IMG/VR virus record: IMGVR_UViG_3300018080_000129
Location: 39,501-103,500 of that record
Source of the DNA: a virus
DNA length: 64,000 nt
Strand: one strand, 5' to 3'
How positions within the stretch are numbered: position 1 is the first letter of the stretch; each line of letters opens with the position of its first letter. The notes beneath the pieces are model-generated. The model saw only the letters and a program-made list of their open reading frames with translations. It searched no databases and was not told where the DNA came from. Of the stretch, positions 47,901 through 52,641 are shown piece by piece. The position numbers were made by a program, and so were the translations under genes.

Positions 47901-50036
47901 GCCCTGATTTCCTTGGCGTCCCTGATTCCCTTGCGTTCCATCAATACCTTGGTCGCCCTGCCAACCTTGAACACCCTGTACGCCATCAGAGCCTATGTCA
48001 CCTTGTGGCCCCTGTACGCCATCGGCTCCCACGTCACCCTGTGGCCCTTGAACACCGTCAGAACCCGTGTTTCCTTGAAATCCTTGGTCGCCCTGCCAAC
48101 CTTGAACACCCTGTACGCCATCAGAGCCTATGTCACCTTGATTTCCTTGGAAACCAGTCTCTCCTTGCACACCCTGAACACCAGTATCGCCAATGCTACC
48201 TTGAAAACCTTGACGGCCTTGCGCACCTTGGTTTCCAGTAACACCTACAGCACCTTGATTACCTTGCGCCCCTTGTACGCCATCAAAGCCAATGTCACCT
48301 TGGAATCCTTGTGCCCCTTGTACGCCGTCAAAACCTATATCTCCCTGATTGCCTTGGTTGCCCTGAACACCATCAATGCCTTGGTCGCCCTGCCAGCCCT
48401 GTGCGCCCTGAACACCTGTTCCCTGATAGCCCTGTGCTCCTTGGAAACCAATATCACCCGCGACACCCTGATTTCCTTGAACACCATCGACGCCAATATC
48501 TCCCTGCCAACCTTGAACTCCTTGCGCTCCAGTATCGCCAATGGCTCCCTGATTACCCTGACGACCTTGAAAACCATCGGCACCATCTGCACCAATATCT
48601 CCCTGATTACCCTGATTTCCCTGAACACCATCGACACCAATGTCTCCTTGTGGGCCTTGAACACCATCAGAACCGATGTCTCCCTGTACGCCCTGAACAC
48701 CATCGGCTCCGATGTTTCCTTGTGGGCCTTGAACACCATCGGCTCCGATGTCTCCTTGTGGGCCTTGCCTTCCTTGCGCTCCTGTGTCACCCGCGTTACC
48801 CTGAAATCCCTGACGACCCTGATTGCCTTGAACTCCGTCGGCTCCGATATTCCCCTGCGGGCCTTGCCAACCTTGAGGAGAGTATCCTTGTGGCCCTAAG
48901 TAACCCTGATTGCCCTGATAACCTTGTGAACCAACATCGCCCTGAGCACCCTGCGTTCCATCAATACCGGCAGGCCCTTGAGAACCTTGCTGTCCTATGC
49001 CAACATTACCCTGATTTCCCTGTGGGCCAAGGTCGCCAACATCTCCTTGATTTCCCTGTACCCCATCATTACCTTGCGGGCCGACATCTCCAAGACCCTG
49101 CCAACCTTGAGCACCTTGAACTCCATCAACGCCTATATCTCCTTGCGGGCCTTGAACACCGTCAACACCGATGATTCCTTGATTGCCCTGCCAACCTTGA
49201 TTTCCTTGAGCACCTGTCTGCCCGACGTTTCCTTGGCTCCCCTGCCATCCCTGAACACCCGTGTCGCCAATGGCTCCCTGATTGCCTTGCCGTCCCTGAT
49301 TTCCCTGAACACCATCCGCTCCAGTGTTTCCTTGCGGGCCTTGAACGCCATCGACGCCAACCGGCCCCTGCCAACCCTGATTTCCCTGCGCTCCGAGAGT
49401 GCCCGCCCCATAATCGTACCAGATAACATCCAGAAAATGATTCCAATCGAGGTTTTTGAACATCCTCGATACAGCAACAAAAGCAAGGTCGATGTCGGCA
49501 GTCGAAGTGAAATTGTAAGCGGATTCAACACCGCCATTCCACGTGTACCAGCCTATCGTGTAAGTGCCAGCAGCGAAACTCAAACGACCGTAAACCGCAT
49601 TACCGCTGCCGTCGGTTATCGGGTCGCCGGAATCATGGTCTCGAATGAAAATACGATAAGCTCTGGTCGAGTCAACGATGACGCCTTCAACCGTCGAGGA
49701 ACCTTGACCATTGTTATGATTCGTGATGCCTTTAATCGCACCATCAAACACGGTCGTGCTGGTTCCCGCTCCTATCGTGACGTTCTCAAAAGCGGCTTGA
49801 TGCAACGCCTCCATCAGGAACTTGTCAGCCAGTTCCTTCATGGAAAGTTCGGCAGGGTCATACCAATCGGGTTCTCCAATGAGATTTTTCAGGAGTGTGC
49901 GCAAGACATTCAAGTCGCCTTCAATATTGACTTGGCCTTCCGCGACAGCCACAGTATGAACGGCTGCAATCGTGTCATCGTAAGTTGCCGAAGCCGCAAC
50001 CTGAATTGCCTGTCTGAGAATGCTCGTATCACCCAT
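44970..50036 (-). CDS. collagen-like fibre protein (1688 aa)
   Basis: About 1350 aa of near-continuous Gly-X-Y (GxQ alternating with GD[IVT]) between globular N- and C-terminal domains. Confidence 0.9.
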   Translation of the reverse strand: MGDTSILRQAIQVAASATYDDTIAAVHTVAVAEGQVNIEGDLNVLRTLLKNLIGEPDWYDPAELSMKELADKFLMEALHQAAFENVTIGAGTSTTVFDGAIKGITNHNNGQGSSTVEGVIVDSTRAYRIFIRDHDSGDPITDGSGNAVYGRLSFAAGTYTIGWYTWNGGVESAYNFTSTADIDLAFVAVSRMFKNLDWNHFLDVIWYDYGAGTLGAQGNQGWQGPVGVDGVQGPQGNTGADGVQGNQGRQGNQGAIGDTGVQGWQGSQGNVGQTGAQGNQGWQGNQGIIGVDGVQGPQGDIGVDGVQGAQGWQGLGDVGPQGNDGVQGNQGDVGDLGPQGNQGNVGIGQQGSQGPAGIDGTQGAQGDVGSQGYQGNQGYLGPQGYSPQGWQGPQGNIGADGVQGNQGRQGFQGNAGDTGAQGRQGPQGDIGADGVQGPQGNIGADGVQGVQGDIGSDGVQGPQGDIGVDGVQGNQGNQGDIGADGADGFQGRQGNQGAIGDTGAQGVQGWQGDIGVDGVQGNQGVAGDIGFQGAQGYQGTGVQGAQGWQGDQGIDGVQGNQGNQGDIGFDGVQGAQGFQGDIGFDGVQGAQGNQGAVGVTGNQGAQGRQGFQGSIGDTGVQGVQGETGFQGNQGDIGSDGVQGVQGWQGDQGFQGNTGSDGVQGPQGDVGADGVQGPQGDIGSDGVQGVQGWQGDQGIDGTQGNQGRQGNQGDVGSAGLQGAQGWQGDVGQDGVQGNQGWQGWQGAIGIGVQGAQGNQGDIGIDGVQGPQGDIGIDGVQGPQGDIGADGVQGPQGDIGIDGVQGPQGDIGIDGVQGPQGDVGADGVQGPQGNIGADGVQGVQGWQGDVGQDGVQGNQGRQGSQGAVGDTGIQGVQGNQGDVGDTGFQGPQGLQGDTGDTGVQGNQGWQGDIGPQGIEGTGNQGSQGPAGIDGTQGFQGDVGSQGYQGNQGYLGPQGYSPQGWQGPQGWQGEQGFQGDIGADGVQGPQGNDGVQGNQGDIGDIGPQGNQGRQGFQGAIGLDGVQGVQGNQGDVGDTGFQGVQGWQGDVGQDGVQGNQGDIGFQGPQGLQGDTGDTGVQGNQGWQGDIGYQGDQGFQGDVGADGVQGNQGWQGDIGVDGVQGPQGDIGSDGVQGNQGSQGWQGNIGSDGVQGVQGPQGEVGNTGDTGVQGPQGNVGNTGDTGVQGAQGNQGNVGDTGLQGAQGWQGLQGDTGDTGTQGPQGDIGDTGVQGPQGDIGVDGVQGPQGDIGETGVQGNQGDVGFQGNQGWQGDQGIDGTQGNQGRQGNQGDVGETGVQGVQGWQGDIGVDGVQGPQGWQGLQGDTGNTGVQGNQGWQGDIGYQGDQGFQGDVGEIGVQGNQGNQGDIGYQGAQGDIGVDGVQGPQGDIGSDGVQGNQGNQGWQGLQGEIGVQGPQGDIGDTGVQGNQGDIGYQGNQGDIGDTGVQGNQGWQGDVGADGVQGPQGDIGSDGVQGNQGWQGPQGNIGDTGSQGNQGWQGFQGEVGETGNQGAQGWQGDIGYQGNQGWQGIVGPQGNQGWQGFRGFQGWQGFRGFQGNQGWQGNQGNQGYQGTDLSYSRALFCTSFYTSSTAYVEYNSTTWQAAAEFWYNGTNEVTATTMNIIASRNGTSGTVTLRVYDVTNNNEIASISWTSDVMAIYEDTTLTNLPADAAIFEIQVMKDAGGSSKARLHSFRFF
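45345..49400 (-). repeat. collagen Gly-X-Y coding repeat with internal block duplications
   Basis: 9-bp periodicity; the block GSQGPAGIDGTQG...GYLGPQGYSPQGWQGPQG appears twice (about 47140-47280 and 48860-49000). Confidence 0.9.
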
Positions 50037-50039
50037 AGC

Positions 50040-50525
50040 TTATTTCTTCATATAGCCGCACATGACCCAATCACCAGGGCTTGTGTAAGCTTGCTTGAGT
50101 TCAAATGTCTGGTCGTCGAGAATGATAAACCCGTCGTCGTTGTCTTGAGAAAGTGTCAATCCGCGCAAAGCCACCGTCAACGAATCCACGTAGAACTTAT
50201 CGGGAGTCTGGAATCGTTTTCCGGCAATGATAGTCGTCAGTTCGCTCGGCCCAACCCAAACAAGATTGGCTCCAGTAAATCCACCCGGCATCGTATCACC
50301 GCTGACCGACTCAGGAATCGTCTCTTCCAACACACAAAAGCGAGTGAAGACTGTGCCGATTCTGAAATGATAGACTTTGCCGTTAATGATGACTCTATCC
50401 GTATTCTCGGCTTCGTAGATGATTGCTCCCTCGTAGAGCATGAAATTATCTTCATTCGGGTTAATCGCTTTTATCCGTATCGACTCACCGAGATAAAAGT
50501 CCTGAATCACTCGCCATTTTCTCAT
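50040..50525 (-). CDS. hypothetical structural protein
   Basis: First gene of the fibre operon. Confidence 0.65.
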   Translation of the reverse strand: MRKWRVIQDFYLGESIRIKAINPNEDNFMLYEGAIIYEAENTDRVIINGKVYHFRIGTVFTRFCVLEETIPESVSGDTMPGGFTGANLVWVGPSELTTIIAGKRFQTPDKFYVDSLTVALRGLTLSQDNDDGFIILDDQTFELKQAYTSPGDWVMCGYMKK

Positions 50526-50600
50526 AGTTTGGCCGCTCTTTTCCTTCCAAGAGTCTGCCGGTACGGAGACACAGTTTCCCTACACACTATCTCCTTACAA

Positions 50601-50625
50601 TATAAGGTGGAATATAAAAGAATTG
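50601..50625 (-). promoter_or_regulatory. putative phage late promoter (motif copy)
   Basis: CAATTCTTTTATATTCCACCTTATA upstream of the fibre operon. Confidence 0.65.
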
Positions 50626-50694
50626 TGAAAATGGCAGACGGGGAATAGCAAAAATCCCCGTTGCCTAATTGGATGCCTATAGGCGTGTTAGAAC

Positions 50695-50721
50695 AAAAAA
50701 AATCAGGCCGAAGCCTGATTT
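50695..50721 (-). terminator. intrinsic terminator closing the RNA operon
   Basis: AAATCAGGC-TTCG-GCCTGATTT followed by a T run. Confidence 0.8.
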
Positions 50722-50794
50722 AGTTTGGACGAGCAGCCCCAACCATTCGCTCACGTCCTCTCCCGACATTGAACATCGGGTCTTACCACGAAAC

Positions 50795-50887
50795 TGGTAG
50801 CGGAGACAGGAGTCGAACCTGCTATCTTCGGCTTATGAGACCGACATGGTTAGAGGAAATTTCCTCGTTCCGTTCCACTCCTCCGCA
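50795..50887 (-). tRNA. tRNA-Met(CAU), initiator-like, with enlarged D-loop (93 nt)
   Basis: Acceptor TGCGGAG/CTCCGCT plus ACCA, anticodon arm TCGGT-CTCATAA-GCCGA, T arm GCAGG-TTCGACT-CCTGT, 25-nt D-loop. Confidence 0.8.
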
Positions 50888-50893
50888 TCATTG

Positions 50894-51262
50894 TCATTCT
50901 TCCACAACCTTGCAGACTAACTTTTGCACTTTCACTTTGGGAGTCCCTTCCTCACCAAGATACTTCTCTCTCAGTCCTTCCATTTTCGTGCGATACTTAT
51001 AGGCAGGGGCACCGTAGCCTGCATACCTTTCCAATCCCTGCCTGTGTGCGCTTCCTCGAATCTCATGGTAGAAATTGATGAGAGCCGTAATCTCAGCCGC
51101 CATCTCCCAAGGCTGTTGAAACCGATAGCCTTCAATCTTATGCTCTGACTTCTTCGGCTTTACCACAACCACCATGTTATGGAAGCGTATCTTGTTCTCT
51201 TTCTGAAAGAGGGCTGCCTGCTTGATTTCTTCCTTGACCTTCCGAATCGTTTCTCTATCCAT
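50894..51262 (-). CDS. hypothetical helical protein downstream of the Pth-like gene
   Basis: AAGGAG RBS; start MDRETIRKVKEEIK. Confidence 0.7.
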   Translation of the reverse strand: MDRETIRKVKEEIKQAALFQKENKIRFHNMVVVVKPKKSEHKIEGYRFQQPWEMAAEITALINFYHEIRGSAHRQGLERYAGYGAPAYKYRTKMEGLREKYLGEEGTPKVKVQKLVCKVVEE

Positions 51263-51317
51263 GACTTGTCTCCTTATGGAAATTGATTTTGTTCTGACCA
51301 TTACCGCAAGAAACAAA

Positions 51318-51350
51318 TCATGGAGGCGAACGTGTGCATAGCTACAACAT
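51318..51350 (-). other. amber-interrupted mini-ORF M-L-(TAG)-L-C-T-R-S-P-P-stop
   Basis: AAGGAGG 8 nt upstream of ATG TTG TAG CTA TGC ACA CGT TCG CCT CCA TGA. Confidence 0.5.
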
Positions 51351-51353
51351 AGC

Positions 51354-51680
51354 TCAGCCCTCCTTCCATACTTTGAATTTTGAAAGAACATTACGCCTGT
51401 CCGAGTCGATAGGTTCGGTGGCAAGCGCAGTCGCCTGACAATCCAAGTCAGGCTCACAAAACATCACCGTCCTGATGTCTTGATGGCGTAGGTAGTATTC
51501 AATTCTCTTGAGATGTTCTTCGGCCTTTGCCTCGCAGATAACGACCGAAGAGATTGGGTCTGTCTCCTTGCAGAACTTCTTGCCCGATTCGTGCGCTGCA
51601 TGTACCGCTTGGCAAAGCTGAACGGCGACCGGCAGGTCTTTTCGGACAAAGACGAAAAAGTGTTTCTGTACCTACGACAT
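51354..51680 (-). CDS. Pth2-like peptidyl-tRNA hydrolase with in-frame TAG at codon 3 (not in ORF track)
   Basis: AAGGAG RBS, then MS*VQKHFFVFVRKDLPVAVQLCQAVHAAHESG...VVICE...FCEPDLDCQATALATEP...LSKFKVW. VRxDL, QxxHA and EPD...TA are Pth2-fold motifs. Confidence 0.75.
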
Positions 51681-51697
51681 TTTTCTCTCCTTTCAAA

Positions 51698-51774
51698 TGG
51701 TAGCGGGAGTCGGATTCGAACCGACGACCTTGAGGTTATGGGCCTCACGAGCTACCAGACTGCTCCATCCCGCA
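51698..51774 (-). tRNA. tRNA-fMet(CAU)
   Basis: TGCGGGATGGAGCAGTCTGGTAGCTCGTGAGGCCCATAACCTCAAGGTCGTCGGTTCGAATCCGACTCCCGCTACCA; 1:72 mismatch, initiator-type D arm. Confidence 0.92.
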
Positions 51775-51788
51775 CCATTCCAATCAAA

Positions 51789-51862
51789 TCTCTCACTGGC
51801 CGAAGATAACCATCTCAGGCGTGTGAGGAGGACGAAAGAGAGGAGTATCAACCAGTGAGAGA
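51789..51862 (-). ncRNA. stem-loop RNA with pyrimidine-rich loop
   Basis: TCTCTCACTGGTTGA...TCGGCCAGTGAGAGA 15-bp closing stem. Confidence 0.5.
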
Positions 51863-51873
51863 AAGTAAAAGAA

Positions 51874-51969
51874 GATTCAGTACCGATGGTCGAAGAGAGA
51901 ACATACGTGGTAAACCACGTCTCAATATAGATTGAATTGAAGTAACTCTCTTCTGGAGCGTACTGACTC
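51874..51969 (-). ncRNA. Y-RNA-like motif, copy with two small hairpins
   Basis: TCAGTAC-GCTCCA-GAAGAGAG-TTACTTC...CTCTCTTC-GACCATCG-GTACTGA. Confidence 0.7.
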
Positions 51970-52005
51970 CTTTCTTTTCGCTTCACCACACTTTCACTTT
52001 TCTTT

Positions 52006-52037
52006 CTTTCAACCCACACTTTCGCAAGGAAAGTGAA
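52006..52037 (-). CRISPR. solitary type I-C-like CRISPR repeat
   Basis: TTCACTTTCCTTGCGAAAGTGTGGGTTGAAAG: 32 nt, 7-bp hairpin, 3' TGGGTTGAAAG tail. Confidence 0.45.
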
Positions 52038-52043
52038 AAGAAA

Positions 52044-52180
52044 GCCGATACCAATAGTCGCAAAGAGAAATTTTACGTGTGCTATCTTTTACACTACTCC
52101 CCATCAAAGTTGGGGAGGCAGGAGTTGCACCTGCACCACGTCCGTATGATGGAAGTAACTCTTCGCTGGAGCGTATCGGT
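52044..52180 (-). ncRNA. YrlA-like Y RNA with circularly permuted tRNA domain
   Basis: Shared scaffold enclosing T arm GCAGG-TGCAACT-CCTGC, loop-closed acceptor stem CTCCCCA/TGGGGAG, TA linker and D arm GTG...CAC. Confidence 0.8.
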
Positions 52181-52201
52181 TTCCTGTGCTATAAAAGAAC
52201 T

Positions 52202-52439
52202 TTCGATACCTAAGGTCGAATAGAGGATTACGCTACACAGCGTAGTGCCGTCTCTCCAGCAATGTCACCGTTCTTTCACGGTCTGTCGTCGGATACTTTG
52301 ACCCGCAGTCAGCGAAACTTTCCTCGCAGCCATCATGGGTTTTAGCCCATGAGCAAAGCCCGTCTTTCCGAGCATGTCAGGAGTTCCACTCCTTTTCACA
52401 TAATCAATGTGAAGTATCTCTACTCTGGAGCGTATCGAA
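52202..52439 (-). ncRNA. Y-RNA-like motif, copy enclosing nine hairpins
   Basis: TTCGATAC-GCTCCA-GAGTAGAG-ATACTTC...CTCTATTC-GACCTTAG-GTATCGAA. Confidence 0.7.
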
Positions 52440-52489
52440 GCGTTCTTTGTTTTCAAAGAGCGTTTATCCCTCTATCTCTTGTACGTCAT

Positions 52490-52518
52490 ATTATACCATT
52501 TTCGACAGACTTTTTCAA
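52490..52518 (-). promoter_or_regulatory. sigma70-type promoter of the RNA operon
   Basis: TTGAAA-17 nt-TATAAT with extended -10 TG. Confidence 0.75.
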
Positions 52519-52526
52519 GTTTTTTT

Positions 52527-52557
52527 CAAAAAAAACCCCGACTGTGTGTCGGGGTCA
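52527..52557 (-). terminator. intrinsic terminator
   Basis: GACCCCGAC-ACACA-GTCGGGGTT followed by a T run. Confidence 0.8.
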
Positions 52558-52641
52558 TGCTCGGCTTTAGGGGTGGGAACCGAGCAATTGAGAAGGGAGA
52601 AGAGGGTAAAACGCTTTGCTAAAACATGTTATGATTCCTTT

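Noticed and set aside
50523-50596. RBS followed by GTG TAG in frame with 50040..50525
   Set aside because: Ambiguous: an alternative 21-codon ORF ending in an ATGA overlap fits equally well, and the amber is at codon 2, not 3.
45348-50648. Very long plus-strand ORFs (e.g. 45665..48241, 47367..48899, 48978..50648)
   Set aside because: Antisense shadows of the collagen repeat.
51483-51680. Possible 6S-like rod-shaped RNA (ATGTCGTAGGTA pairs with TACCTACGCCAT)
   Set aside because: The same bases encode a clear Pth2-like frame with an RBS. The pairing could still regulate the start/amber region, but a 6S call is not supported.
51464-52456. ORF-track entries 51464..51748, 51693..52019 and 52265..52456
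   Set aside because: They overlap the tRNA, the Y-like RNAs or the Pth frame and have no protein-like features.
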